DNA of 64,000 bases from Candidatus Sulfomarinibacteraceae bacterium (GTDB lineage Bacteria; Acidobacteriota; Thermoanaerobaculia; Thermoanaerobaculales; Sulfomarinibacteraceae): the NCBI GenBank assembly GCA_963796455.1, contig CAWCLO010000003.1, forward strand, positions 288,001 to 352,000, written 5' to 3'. The translations under genes and the position numbers were made by a program. This document shows positions 1-12,200 of the stretch, one piece after another (positions within the stretch are counted from its first letter, which is position 1; each line of letters opens with the position of its first letter). The notes below the pieces were generated by a model, which was not told the origin of the DNA, did no database searches, and saw only the letters and a program-made list of their open reading frames with translations.

Positions 1-886
<886 letters not shown>

Positions 887-913
887 TTTTCCTGGTTCGG
901 GGCCCAGAAACTC

Positions 914-2314
914 TCAGGCTTTGGCGGCGAAGAAGGCGAGGCGAAGGGTCCGCCACAGAATCTTGATATCGAGCCCGAGGCTCCAGTTCTCGATGTAGTA
1001 GAGATCGTGCACGATGCGTTGCCGGATCGAGGTATCGCCACGGAGGCCGTTGACCTGGGCCCACCCCGTCAGACCTGCCCGAACCCGGTGGCGGACGTTG
1101 TACGCGGGATATCGGTTGCGAAAACGCTCGACGAATTTCGGCTGCTCGGGGCGCGGACCAACCAGCGACATATCGCCACGCAATACGTTGTAGAGCTGCG
1201 GCAGCTCATCCAGATTAGTGCGCCGCAGGAAGGCCCCGATCGACGTGACTCGCGAATCCTGATTGCGGGTCCATTGCGACTCGTCTTCGGCGTCGCTTCT
1301 CATCGACCGGAACTTGTAGAGCTCGAACGAACGGCCATCCATACCCGTCCTCACCTGCGAGAAAAAGATCGGCCCACCATCCTCGCGTTTGATCAGGAGG
1401 GCGACGATGGGAAAGAGCCAGGAGGTCACGAGCAGAAGAGTCGCCGAACCGAAGATGTCGAAGGCGCGTTTGACGATCTGATTCCAACCCTGGAGCGGTA
1501 TCTGGGTGAGGTTGATCAACGGCAGACCGTCGAGATCCTCGATTCCGGCCCGCATGACGTAGTACTGCAGGACATCCGGAACGACCTTGATGTCCATCAG
1601 CATCTGTCCCGCCCGCCGGACCAGCTGCACCGTTCGATAGTGGGCGGCCAGGGGCAGGGCGATCATGACCTGATCGACCCGTTTCTCCTCGACGATTTTT
1701 TCCAGATCCCGGGTGGTTCCGAGCACCGGAACGTTTTGGATGTCCCGTTGCTGTCGTCCCGGGTCATCATCGAGAAAGCCGACGATCTCGAAACCATATT
1801 CTTCGTGCGCTTCAAGTCGTTCCACCACCAGTCGACCGAGATCTCCGGCGCCGATGACGAGGACCCTGTGGAGATTGCCGCCGGATCGGCGGATCCTGGC
1901 CAGCGCCGCACCGAGGGTGTAGCGGAAGAAGCTGACGGTCAGTGTCTCGGCAACCGCAAAGATGGCAATAAAGAGACGCGAGTAGGTGAAGTTTTCGGGG
2001 CGATAGAAGGTCAGACCCGCGGTGAGGAGGACCGTCGCCAGGAACACGGCCACCGTGACCCGCATCGACTCGTCGAAGCGGGAGCGTATTCGCCGCCGGT
2101 GATACAGACCTTGAAAATAGAAGACCGTCGGAAAGAGGACCAGGACCACCGGCAGGAGTTGGAGGTACTTCTGGAACGGCGGCATGCCTTTGGTGACAGG
2201 TTGGATTTCGACCACGAAGCGCAGCCAGTAGGCAAACAGAAAGGCGACCCCGGTGGCCAGCACATCGCCGACGAGCTTCACCACACCCTCGATCTGGCGA
2301 CGACGTTCAATCAC
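914..2314 (-). CDS. Undecaprenyl-phosphate glucose phosphotransferase (WcaJ-like priming glycosyltransferase)
   Basis: N-terminal TM helices, Rossmann-like VLVIGAG, C-terminal sugar transferase motifs KRAFD, YKFRSM, LDELPQLYNVLRGDMSLVGPRPE, GLTGWAQVNG; GTGA overlap with upstream gene. Confidence 0.93.
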   Translation of the reverse strand: MIERRRQIEGVVKLVGDVLATGVAFLFAYWLRFVVEIQPVTKGMPPFQKYLQLLPVVLVLFPTVFYFQGLYHRRRIRSRFDESMRVTVAVFLATVLLTAGLTFYRPENFTYSRLFIAIFAVAETLTVSFFRYTLGAALARIRRSGGNLHRVLVIGAGDLGRLVVERLEAHEEYGFEIVGFLDDDPGRQQRDIQNVPVLGTTRDLEKIVEEKRVDQVMIALPLAAHYRTVQLVRRAGQMLMDIKVVPDVLQYYVMRAGIEDLDGLPLINLTQIPLQGWNQIVKRAFDIFGSATLLLVTSWLFPIVALLIKREDGGPIFFSQVRTGMDGRSFELYKFRSMRSDAEDESQWTRNQDSRVTSIGAFLRRTNLDELPQLYNVLRGDMSLVGPRPEQPKFVERFRNRYPAYNVRHRVRAGLTGWAQVNGLRGDTSIRQRIVHDLYYIENWSLGLDIKILWRTLRLAFFAAKA

Positions 2315-3405
2315 TTACGAGCTTCTCCAAACCCGAGCCGATCGAGGAGAAATCCAAAACGTGTACGGAAGCGTTCACGGGAAAAGAGATCGGCTCGCTG
2401 CTGCAAAAGCCTGGCGTCCCAGGAGCGATCGAGAACCCGCGCGGTGGCGTCGGCAAGGGCCTCCACCGACTCGCCCTCCGCCAGATCGCCCTCGATCCCG
2501 GCGCGCACGATGTCCGCCGTCCCCGAATGTGCGAGACCGACCACCGGCGTGCCGCAGGCCAGGGCCTCGACCGACGCCATTCCAAAGTCCTCGATATTGG
2601 GTACGAGCAGAGCCCCGGCGCGCCGGTACGCGTCGCGCAGCTCGTCGCGCCCGAGCCAACCGCAAAAGCGGACATCCGATCCGCCGAGCCGACGCATCGC
2701 CCGCATCCTCGGACCGGTGCCGATGATCTCCAGTTTTCGACCCAGCTTCCGGGCAACCGCAATCGCGACCTCCACCCTCTTGTACGGAACAAGGGCCGCA
2801 ACCGTCAGGAGATGATCGCCGTGCTCACCCCCGGGGGTGAAGTACTCCGTCGCCACCGGCGGCGGGATGACCTCGGCCGTCCGGTTCCAATAGTGCTTGA
2901 TCCGCCAGGCAACGAGACGGGAGTTGGCGACCAGGCGGTCGACCCTGGCCGATGACACCATGTCCCACTGGCGAAGACGCGCAAAGCCCATCTCGAAGAA
3001 GGGGCGCATCAGCCGTGGCAGGGGCTCGAGATACTGCGCCCGCTGATCCCAGATATAACGCATCGGTGTATGGACATAGCTGAGGTGGAAGGCCCCGGGC
3101 GGCGGGATCACGCCTTTGGCGACCGCGTGCGAAGACGAGATCACGAGATCAGCGCCGGAAAATGCGAGGCTTTCCGCTGCCGCCGGCATCAGCGGCAAAA
3201 GGTGGCGCCAACGACGTCCGCCAAAGGACAGGGATTGCAGCCACGAGGTTTTGATCTCATGCTCCTCGAGCAAGGGAGCCACACTTCCGGCACGGTGCAC
3301 GAGGGTGTGAATCGTGGCGTCCGGAAACAGCCGCGCGATGTCATACAAAACCCACTCGCCACCGCGCATCCCGGTCAACCAGTCGTGAACCAACGCAACC
3401 CGCAA
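2311..3405 (-). CDS. Glycosyltransferase family 4
   Basis: MRVALVHDWLTGMRGGE start, HTPMRYIWD, EDFGMASVEALACGTPVV motif. Confidence 0.93.
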   Translation of the reverse strand: MRVALVHDWLTGMRGGEWVLYDIARLFPDATIHTLVHRAGSVAPLLEEHEIKTSWLQSLSFGGRRWRHLLPLMPAAAESLAFSGADLVISSSHAVAKGVIPPPGAFHLSYVHTPMRYIWDQRAQYLEPLPRLMRPFFEMGFARLRQWDMVSSARVDRLVANSRLVAWRIKHYWNRTAEVIPPPVATEYFTPGGEHGDHLLTVAALVPYKRVEVAIAVARKLGRKLEIIGTGPRMRAMRRLGGSDVRFCGWLGRDELRDAYRRAGALLVPNIEDFGMASVEALACGTPVVGLAHSGTADIVRAGIEGDLAEGESVEALADATARVLDRSWDARLLQQRADLFSRERFRTRFGFLLDRLGFGEARK

Positions 3406-4521
3406 TCAGACCTCCCCGAGGGCCAACCTATATACGGCCACCGTTTCCTCCACCGTCCGTTCCCAACTCAGGCTCTCTGCACGTCGCCGGCCGGCCTCGA
3501 CCATGCGTCGACGAAGAGGATCGTCCACCAGCACCTTTTCGATCGCCTCCGCCACCTCGTCGACCTCGAGGGGGTTGACCAGCCGGGCGGAACCCTCTCC
3601 AAGCTCGCGCATCGCACCAAGGTTGGAGGTCACTACCGGGAGACCGGCACACATCGCCTCCAACACCGGCAGACCAAAACCCTCGTAGAGCGACACGTGC
3701 AACAGCATCGCTGCCATATGGTACATCGCCTGCAGATGGGTGCGCGGCACCCGGCCCAACAATCGCACCCGATCGCCAAGACCAAGACGTTCGGCGCGGT
3801 CATGGAGTCGGCTCTGAGCATCGGCCCCACCGAGGAAGACCAACTGCCCCGGCACCCTGTGTTCGCGAACCGCCAGGTGGTAGGCGCGCAGGACGAGATC
3901 GAGGTTTTTGTGCGGCTTGTCGTTGGAAACCACCAGGACGATCGGCGACCTGAGGCCATAGTGGGCCTTGAGAGAATCCAGATCCTCCTTGGACGGACGA
4001 TCGGCCAGCGCGGGATCGACTCCGTTCGGAACGACCACAATCCGTTTTGGATCGGCGGCCAGGAGATTGATGAGATCGCGCCGGGAGGAACGTGAAACCG
4101 TGATGACCCGGCGTGACCGGCGCAGCGCCGAACCCATCATCAATCGAAGATAGAGCCGCGCGAGGTGGGGACGGTCCTTTGGCGGGTAGAACAGCTGGAT
4201 GAGATCGTGAACCGTGACCACCACCGGCTTCGGGATCAACCGCGGCGCCACATAGTGGGGAAAGTGAATGAGATCTACACGCTCTCGCCACAGCATTGCC
4301 GGCAACTGCAGATGTTCGGCGACTCCGTAGCCACGAGCCGAGCTCGTGACCACCCGCGCCCGCGGAGCGAGGTTGGAGACCCGTTCCTCGTGACCCGAAC
4401 GGGCAATCACGGTGAGATCGAGGTCGGTTCGTTGATCGAGTCCACGGAGCAGCGCCCGCAGATAGGTGCCGATCCCGAAATCGGTCAACTTGCGCCCGTC
4501 GAGCGCCAACCTCATTCCCAT
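3406..4521 (-). CDS. Glycosyltransferase family 4 (mannosyltransferase-like)
   Basis: GIGTY, VVTVHDLI, KPHKNL, SLYEGFGLPVLEAMCAGLPVV motifs. Confidence 0.93.
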   Translation of the reverse strand: MGMRLALDGRKLTDFGIGTYLRALLRGLDQRTDLDLTVIARSGHEERVSNLAPRARVVTSSARGYGVAEHLQLPAMLWRERVDLIHFPHYVAPRLIPKPVVVTVHDLIQLFYPPKDRPHLARLYLRLMMGSALRRSRRVITVSRSSRRDLINLLAADPKRIVVVPNGVDPALADRPSKEDLDSLKAHYGLRSPIVLVVSNDKPHKNLDLVLRAYHLAVREHRVPGQLVFLGGADAQSRLHDRAERLGLGDRVRLLGRVPRTHLQAMYHMAAMLLHVSLYEGFGLPVLEAMCAGLPVVTSNLGAMRELGEGSARLVNPLEVDEVAEAIEKVLVDDPLRRRMVEAGRRRAESLSWERTVEETVAVYRLALGEV

Positions 4522-4593
4522 GGGGCCATTGTAGCGTCAACGCTCGGGGCGCACGGATTCGGGTTGCGGGCGGACCGACGCTCGGCCCTCCCG

Positions 4594-5210
4594 GATGATG
4601 CAGGATTCAAGATCACACTCATCCATGACAGCGCCTTGGACAGCGATCAGGGACGGCGACCCGGATCGGCGGACAGCGTCAGCGTCCGGTCATCAGCGAC
4701 AGGAATCGGCGGCAGCGAACAGCAGACCTTCGATGGTGGAAAACACCTTCTATGGATCCTCGCTCTCACGGTGACCCATAGCTGTAGGGATTATTGAGCT
4801 GGTTGAATACACTCAAGATGTCATCCTGAGCGGAGCCCCCACAGGGGCGTAGTCGAAGGATCTATGAGATGAAACGGAAAGAACCTCGCCCGCAGAACCT
4901 GCCCTGAGCGAGCAGCGCGAGTCGAACGGGTCCTTCGACTGCGCGCCGAAGGCGCTGCGCTCAGGATGACATCGGGAGGCGACATTCGTTTGCGTGCGGA
5001 ATCCGTGACGGGTGGCTCTCGCTGAAGACGGCCGCTGTTGACTGAACGCTGAACACTGACCGCTGCCCCTGTTCGCTGTTACCTGACGCTGGACACTGCC
5101 GCTGGCGACTGTTCGCTGCCGCTGCCCCTGATCGCCGTCCGAGACTCTGTCTTGGACAAGTATGATCCAGCATCCAGCATCCAGCATCGAGTATCGAGTA
5201 TCGAGCATCT
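4594..5210. repeat. Gene-less composite palindromic element (heptamer ends, CAGCGA-like arms, internal GTCATCCTGAGC...GCTCAGGATGAC cassette)
   Basis: Left GATGCAGGAT..GATCAC..GACAGCG arm; right CGCTG-rich arm ending GAGACTCTGTCTTGGACAAG + (ATCCAGC)n; inverted cassette 4817-4973. Confidence 0.75.
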
Positions 5211-5251
5211 TGCGCCCTGCATCCCGGCCGTCCGCCGCTATACTGACCCCA

Positions 5252-6175
5252 ATGCGAACTGCCGTGGTCATCCCGTCGATCGGCGCTCGATCGCTTTCCG
5301 AGTGTCTCGAGTCGGTTCGGAGACTCGATCCCGCGCCCACCGAGGTGCTGGTGGTCTTTTCGGGAAACCGAGACCTTCCAGAACTCGATCCGGACATCCA
5401 GGTTCTTCAATTCGACCATCGGCTCGGATTCGCCGAAGCCTGTAACGCCGGGATCAATGCTGTCTGGGAGCGTGTCGATGCGGTGGCCCTGATCAATGAC
5501 GATGCCTTTGTCAGCCCCCAATGGCTCGGCCGGCTGGTTGAATTCCTCGGAATCGACCCGAAGTTGGCGGCCGTTCAAGGGACGGTCATCGACGCCGCTG
5601 GAAATCGGATCGATGGCCGCGGCGTCGAGATCAGCCGCTGGGGTCTCGCCTTTCAGGTGGATCGCGGTCTCGTTGCCGAACCCGAACCGGAGCGACCCAT
5701 CCCGAGAATCGCGGTCTCCGCCACTGCCGCCCTCTACCGATCTGTTGCCCTCCGCGAAGTTTCATTCAAAACCGCGACGGTTTTTGATCCTCGATTCGAC
5801 AGCTACCACGAGGACGTCGACCTCGGCCTCCGTCTGACTCGCCTCGCGTGGCGCTCGTGTTGGGTCCCGGGCGCCGAGTGCCGCCACCTTGGTTCCTCGT
5901 CGGGCGCCCGGCTCGGTTGGCGCCATCCCTGGTGGCTGCTCGCCAACCCATGGCGGGTGATCTCCGGCAATCTTGGACGATGGCCCACCATCAAAACGAT
6001 TCCCAAGACCTGTTGGGGCGAGGCCCGGGCGACCCTGCGGATGGCTCGGAACAATCCACGCGCCGTAGCCGCGGCCGGTCTGGTCGCCGCGGCACTTCCA
6101 TTTCTCATCCTCTCGGGTTGGAGGAGGACGACCCCGGGCGACCGGTTCACTCGTCTTCCGGAGAAGTACTCATGA
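5252..6175 (+). CDS. Glycosyltransferase family 2
   Basis: MRTAVVIPS, GFAEACNAG, LINDDA, YHEDVDLGLR; start reassigned to ATG 5252 because the upstream part of the ORF is heptamer repeat. Confidence 0.88.
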   Translation: MRTAVVIPSIGARSLSECLESVRRLDPAPTEVLVVFSGNRDLPELDPDIQVLQFDHRLGFAEACNAGINAVWERVDAVALINDDAFVSPQWLGRLVEFLGIDPKLAAVQGTVIDAAGNRIDGRGVEISRWGLAFQVDRGLVAEPEPERPIPRIAVSATAALYRSVALREVSFKTATVFDPRFDSYHEDVDLGLRLTRLAWRSCWVPGAECRHLGSSSGARLGWRHPWWLLANPWRVISGNLGRWPTIKTIPKTCWGEARATLRMARNNPRAVAAAGLVAAALPFLILSGWRRTTPGDRFTRLPEKYS

Positions 6176-7047
6176 CCTCGGTCGCCGCAGTGGTCGTCCG
6201 TTGGAAAAATGGCGACGAAATCCGCCGCTGTCTGCAATCCTTGATCGATCTGGGAGGTGACTGCCTGCAACGGATCATCCTGGTGGACTCGGGCTCGGGC
6301 GACGGCGGCGCCGAGCGCCTCCGGACCGACTTCCCTGATGTGGATGTCGTTGCCCTCGAGGAAAACCTCGGCTTTGCCCATGCCGTCAATCGAGGCGCTG
6401 CTAACGCCGATGAACCCCTCCTGATGGTGCTCAACCCCGACACCGAGGTCCGCGCCAATGCAATCGACTCTCTGGCCGGCGTCCTCGACGAACGTCCGGC
6501 CACCGCTGCTTCGGTGCCGCTGCTCGAGTCGGTCGACGGCAGCAGCCAGCACGAATGGCAGCTCCGGCGCCTCCCGACACCCCTCCAACTCGCTCTCGGT
6601 CGTTCGGGCGCCCCGCAGTTTTCAAACCCGCCGGCCACGATCCTTCCGGTCGAACAACCCGCAGCGGCGGCATGGTTGGTCCGTCGTCAAGTATGGGATG
6701 CAATCGGCGGTCTCGATGCCGGCTATGTGCCTGCCTGGTGGGAGGACGTGGATTTCTGTGCCCGGCTTCAGGGACGCCTCGCCGACCCCGAATTTTCGAG
6801 CACCGAGGGCTTCGTCGTCGAACCAAGGGCCCGATTCACCCACGTCGGCGGTTCCAGCGTCAAGGAGTTGGACGACGCGACTTTTCTCGTTGCGTATTAC
6901 AGGAATCTCTTGCGCTACGCCGCCCAACACCACCCCGATCACTTCAGAACCATTCGGGCAGGTCTTCGACTCAGCCTCAAGACCCGAGGCATCCTCCGTC
7001 CGGGACGGCGGCAAGCTTACGCGACCGTTCTCGACGCTTTGCGCTGA
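6172..7047 (+). CDS. Glycosyltransferase family 2
   Basis: LVDSGSGDG, NLGFAHAVNRG, LNPDT, WWEDVDFCAR; ATGA overlap with previous stop. Confidence 0.9.
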   Translation: MTSVAAVVVRWKNGDEIRRCLQSLIDLGGDCLQRIILVDSGSGDGGAERLRTDFPDVDVVALEENLGFAHAVNRGAANADEPLLMVLNPDTEVRANAIDSLAGVLDERPATAASVPLLESVDGSSQHEWQLRRLPTPLQLALGRSGAPQFSNPPATILPVEQPAAAAWLVRRQVWDAIGGLDAGYVPAWWEDVDFCARLQGRLADPEFSSTEGFVVEPRARFTHVGGSSVKELDDATFLVAYYRNLLRYAAQHHPDHFRTIRAGLRLSLKTRGILRPGRRQAYATVLDALR

Positions 7048-7069
7048 GACCTCAACCTCTTGGCTCCAT

Positions 7070-7342
7070 TCAGGGACAGCAATCAGGTGCGGTGACGAAC
7101 TGACTACATCCGGGTCGTTCAACAGACGGAACAGTCGCTGTGGTGTTGGCGTCTCGCCTGCACACCGTGCGGCCGAGACGGCCGCACCACCAAGATCGGA
7201 GCCCCGAAGAAGTGAGGGCTGTTCGCTGTCCCGGCCGCTGATCGCTGTTTTCGGTCGCTGCTTCCTGTCGCTGGCCGCTGTTCACTGTCCCTGTCGCTGA
7301 AAACTGTCGCTGCCGCTGCAATTCGGACACGGACGCGGCACG
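7070..7342. repeat. Gene-less derivative of the four-helix-bundle element with REP-like doublet
   Basis: Degenerate half-IR (ACATCCGGGTCGTTCA), REP-like doublet 7139-7190, TCGCTG-rich arm ending GCTGCCGCTGCAATTCGGACACGGACGCGG as at 42780-42812 and 61550-61582. Confidence 0.78.
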
Positions 7343-7438
7343 AAGCCGATAGAGCCCGTGATTTCATGTCGAGTCGGAAGCTCTCGGTAGGTTAGCGCGC
7401 ACGGGGCTTTCATCCGCCCGTTCGACCGCAAATTTTTC

Positions 7439-9238
7439 TCAGAAGGGCCACACCCGGGGCGCCAGAAACACCGCCGCCAGAAGCACGAGCAGGCTCAGGG
7501 GCAGTCCGACCCGTCCGAAATCGGTGAAACGATAACCGCCGGGGCCATAGACCATGAGATTTGTCTGATACCCGACCGGAGTCAGAAAACTGGCGGATGC
7601 GATCAGCGCCACCACCATCACGAAGGGACGCGGATCGACCCCGAGACTCCCTGCGGTCGCCACCGCGAGGGGAAACATGAGGGCCGCGGCAGCGGTATTG
7701 GTGACGACCTCGGTGAAGAGCATCGTCAGCAGCGCCATACCGGCCAGCACCGCATAGGGGCCCCATGGACCGAGACCGGTGACGACAGTATCGGCGATGG
7801 CGTGAACCGCGCCCGAGTTCAGGAGCGCTTGCCCGAGGGCGATGGCGCCCGCAATCGCAAAAAGAGTCTGGAGCTCCAGGGACTGACGGGCACTGGGCAC
7901 CGAAATGCAGCGGCCGGCGATCATGGCCCCGGCAATCAAAAACGCAGCCAGGACCGTGGGCAGGATCTGGCTCGTCAACAGCGCCACCAACACACCGAGA
8001 AGCACCAGCGACAGGGCCGCCCGGTCATGACGTGGAGGCCGAGAATCCATCACCCCACTGACCAGAAAGAAATCCCGGTTGTTGCGGTGGGCGTCGGCAA
8101 AATGGGGACCGGTCTGCAACAACAGGGTATCACCCGAGTGGAGCACGATATCTCCAAGACGGCCCATGAGACGGGACCCGCCGCGATGAACCGCGACCAC
8201 CGCCGCGTTGTAGTGGGCGCGAAAATTCGATTCGCTGAGGCTCTGGCCAATCAACGGCGAGGTCGGCGAAACCACCGCTTCGGAGAGCATCTTTTCCCGC
8301 TGTTCGGAAAGCTCGTGCTCGTAGCCCGGATCCGCCACCGGCTTCAAACCCGGGATTTTTTCGAGATCGACGATGGAGTTGAGGACCCCGGTAAAGGTCA
8401 GCACATCTCCGGTTTCGATCACATGATCGGGCTGAACGGGTGCGATGAGCTCACCATCGCGGACGATCTCCACCAAAAAGAGCCCGTGCAGATGGCGCAG
8501 ACCCGCCTCTTCGACGTGCTGCCCCACCAGACGGCAGGTCGGGGTCACTTCCATCTCTACCAGGTATTCACGCGGCGAAGCACCGATCTCCTCGAGCATG
8601 TCGGTTCGTTCGGGCAGGATTCGGCCCGAGAACACGACGAGGTAGACGACGCCGATGATGGCGCAGGGGATGCCCACTGCACCGATTTCGAACAGACCCA
8701 TCGGGCGCAGCGAGTCGGCAAGACCGGGGTCTGAGGCAACCCTGTTGGCCATCATGCCCTGGACAACCAGATTGGTGCTGGTGCCGATCAACGTCGCCAT
8801 GCCGCCGAGGATCGACATGAACGAAAGCGGAATCAGCAGGCGGGATGGAGAGATTCGGTTTTTGGCACACCATCGCGTGAGCATCGGGATGAACATCGCC
8901 ACGACCGGGGTGTTGTTGAGAAAGGCCGAGAGACCCGGTACCGCGAGACCCATCCGCAACAAAACACCCTTGCGGCTGCGGACTTTGCCGAGGAGTCTCC
9001 GACCGACCATGTCGAGGGCGCCTGTTTCGCTCACCCCGGCGGCCACGATATAGAGGGCGGCGATGGTCAGCATGCCCGGATTGACAAACCCCAGGAACAT
9101 TTCCTGGATCGAGAGAATCCCGGCCAGACTGCAGGCCAGCACCGCGCCCCACAGCAGGGCATCGGCGGGAAGATTACGAGCGAGGCCGATGACCGCGGCA
9201 ACGGTCACGGCGATGGCAAACCACGCGGTCCAGGTCAT
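7439..9238 (-). CDS. SLC13/DASS family permease with two TrkA-C domains
   Basis: SAFLNNTPVV, TLIGTSTNLVV, two RCK-C-like repeats, FLTPVGYQTNLMVYGPGGYRFTDF. Confidence 0.92.
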   Translation of the reverse strand: MTWTAWFAIAVTVAAVIGLARNLPADALLWGAVLACSLAGILSIQEMFLGFVNPGMLTIAALYIVAAGVSETGALDMVGRRLLGKVRSRKGVLLRMGLAVPGLSAFLNNTPVVAMFIPMLTRWCAKNRISPSRLLIPLSFMSILGGMATLIGTSTNLVVQGMMANRVASDPGLADSLRPMGLFEIGAVGIPCAIIGVVYLVVFSGRILPERTDMLEEIGASPREYLVEMEVTPTCRLVGQHVEEAGLRHLHGLFLVEIVRDGELIAPVQPDHVIETGDVLTFTGVLNSIVDLEKIPGLKPVADPGYEHELSEQREKMLSEAVVSPTSPLIGQSLSESNFRAHYNAAVVAVHRGGSRLMGRLGDIVLHSGDTLLLQTGPHFADAHRNNRDFFLVSGVMDSRPPRHDRAALSLVLLGVLVALLTSQILPTVLAAFLIAGAMIAGRCISVPSARQSLELQTLFAIAGAIALGQALLNSGAVHAIADTVVTGLGPWGPYAVLAGMALLTMLFTEVVTNTAAAALMFPLAVATAGSLGVDPRPFVMVVALIASASFLTPVGYQTNLMVYGPGGYRFTDFGRVGLPLSLLVLLAAVFLAPRVWPF

Positions 9239-9239
9239 C

Positions 9240-12200
9240 TCAGTCCTCTCCCCGCCCCTCGCCGGCAGAGCTCACAATCACCCGGTCGATCACCCCCGCT
9301 CCGTCGATTGGACCGTGAAGTGTGATCCACAAGCGATGGTGTCCCGCCTCGCGAGGAGTCGGCACGGGCAGCCGCCCGTCCTGGGAATCCCCCACCACAT
9401 CGATCATCACTGCATCTCCTTCGTTCCAGCGGATCCCCAAAGCTGCACCCTCCTGGGCCGCGCCTTCGAGCCATCCCTCCACGGCGACACTGGAATTATC
9501 GCGAAGATGCAGGGGCACTGAAATACCGTCGCCGTCGCCGAGTCTCCGCCCCCCGCGGTGAAGAAACCGCGAAAACGTCCCGGCGGGCGGGACCGACGCG
9601 CCGCCTATTCTCCGGACCTGGGGTGCCTCGGCCTCCACGACCCAATCGTAACGAAGACCGACCGTCAATGCCAGAACGGCTGCCGCCGTCAGCCACAGGC
9701 CAATCCCGGCGCGGCGCAGGACCAGACCGGCGAAGGGCTTCCGGTAGACGAGCCAGACGGCAGCCAGAATCAACACCAGCAAAACGAGCGGCACCACGAT
9801 CGTTGCTGTATTCGGCAGCAAGAATGACGGGAAGAGACTGCGGGCATCCGCTCCGAAGCGGCGGGCCAGGGTATCCGCGAGCCAATAGCCGCCATCTCCG
9901 GGATTGGCGGAGAGGTGGGGACGGGTGACAAGGACCCACCAGGCGATGACCGACGGCGGCAACAGCAGCTCGGCGAGACGTCGGAAACGATATGTCCCGG
10001 CGAGGATCATTCCTCCGCTCAGCGCGAAAGCCGGGATCATCGGGATCAGATAGCGAGCGGGAGGCGAACCGCCCCCGTACCATTCGATGGAGTGCAGTAA
10101 TGCCGCGACGGTCAGACCGCTGCCGAGGATCAATGCGCGCTCGCCCGGCCCACCACGACGCCACAAAGCCACCAGCCCCGCCAGGGCCGCGAGCACCAGA
10201 GGCCCAGTAAACGCGAGCCCACCGGCCGGATCAAAGGCAAGCCCACCGAGGACCCGCGCGACGAGTCCGGGATCTTCGGGCACCAGGTGATAGAGCCGGC
10301 GATGGGCGCCGAAAGGGTGGCCCATGGTCAGCCAGCCAGCGGTCAAGCCCGCCGCCGCGGCCAGACTCAACAACACCAACCCGCGCACGAACACGCCGCG
10401 TCCTTTGCCGATCCATGCGGCAGCCGCCACCGGGAAGGCCACCAGGGCGAGCCGGGTCTTGACCGCGGTGGCCATGACGGCGATCACGAGACTCGCAATC
10501 CGCCCTCCACGTGGTCGTGCCGCGAGAACGAGAATCGCCGCCACCGCCAGCGCCCCAACCAAACCCGGCCAGATCTGTGTCGAGAAGGTGGCCACCGGAT
10601 ATGTCATGACCATCAGCAACACCAGGATGCATACCCGGCTGTGACCCACCGAGAGCTCGCGCGCCCTGCGGGCCAGCAGGGAAACCAGCCAGGCGCCGGC
10701 CAGCGCCATCAGGACCAGCGCTCCGGCACGACCGGCCACGATGTATCCGGGGAGCAGCAACAACGCCAGGAAGGGCGAGTGCACCACCGGTTTGCCAGCG
10801 TCATAAACGGCATCCTGAGGACGTTTCCCGAGATCGATATTGTTCCCGAGTTCGAGATCGCGATCAGCTGCCATGGATTCGGCGGCGATCAGATGATAGG
10901 GCTCATCGCCCCACGAGGGCATCAGATGCGGTGTCGCCAGGGCCAGAGGGATCAGCAGAAAAGCGGCGAGGGTGAAGAACCTGCCCCTGTCGAGCCAGGT
11001 TCGAAGGGCTGCCAACCAGGCCAGTCCAACGGCCAATAGCGCCAGATCCACCGCAGCACGCTCCCCCACGACACGGAGAGGTTCCACCCACGCCCGCGCC
11101 GCCATCGAAGCCAGGACGAGGATCATCCACGGCAGGACGGCGATGGACCGTTTCCTTGCGGAAGAAAGGAGCTGGATCGCCGCAACTGCCAAGGCCGCCG
11201 CGAATATCCACTGCGGAAGCAACCATGAGCGGCGCGGCGGCGGTCGCCCGGGGCCGGCGGTCTCGACCCGGACCACCACCTCGTCGCTGAGATCCGGATG
11301 CCGGACCACTACCGGCCGCTCTCCCACCGGCACCTCGAGCCGGTGCCGCGCTGCCGAGCGCCACAGCGTATTTCGACCAAAGCGCTCCGGCCGCCAGACC
11401 AACGCTTCGGTGCCGGGCTCGTGTCTCTCGCCCGCGCTCCCCAAATCAGCCCATCGAAGCGTCTCCCAACCGGCAGCAAGGGGATGCTCTTCGCCGCCAA
11501 TCCTGACCACCGCCACTGCGCCGTCCACCGGGCCTCCGGTGCCACGCAGGCCGACATCGATCATGTAGGCCCAAGCCTCCCCCGCCGGGAGAACCTTCTC
11601 GGGAGCATCCACGGTCAACGAGAAGGCCGGTCTGTTGGGCGGCGTCTCCACAACCGGGCCCAGCACGAAGGTCGTCGCGAACCACAGAATCCCAGCCACC
11701 ATCGGCCCCACCCGCGGCGCGGCCACCAACACGGCCAGGAAAACCAATGGCGCAAGGGGCAGGAGCTCTGGGTAGATCATCCCGACCCGAGCGCCCGCCC
11801 AAGCCGAAATCGAGGCACCGAGGAGCGCGGCCGCGCCAAGCCCCGGCAGCCAGCGGGAAACCTGGCGGTCGAGCGCCCTGCCCCTCCCGAAAATCCCGAG
11901 GACGAAGAAAAACACCAGAGCGATACCGCAGGCCAGGGGCCATCGTTGCCAGGGGAGGGAAGCCATAGTGACGGCGGTGAGTTCCGCCGCGCGCAGGCCG
12001 TAACGACGGGATACCGCCCACGGGCCCAATGCAGCTAGAGCCAGGGTCAGAGCCACCGGCAGGGCTCCAAAGCCGCTCAGCCCGAGACCCACAGCGGCCC
12101 GCGCCGCGAGACCGAAGAATGCCGCCAAGAGACCGCGGCGCTCCGCTGGTGTGCGATCCCATGCGGCGGAAATCGCGACCCAACCGGCGAGCAACAACAG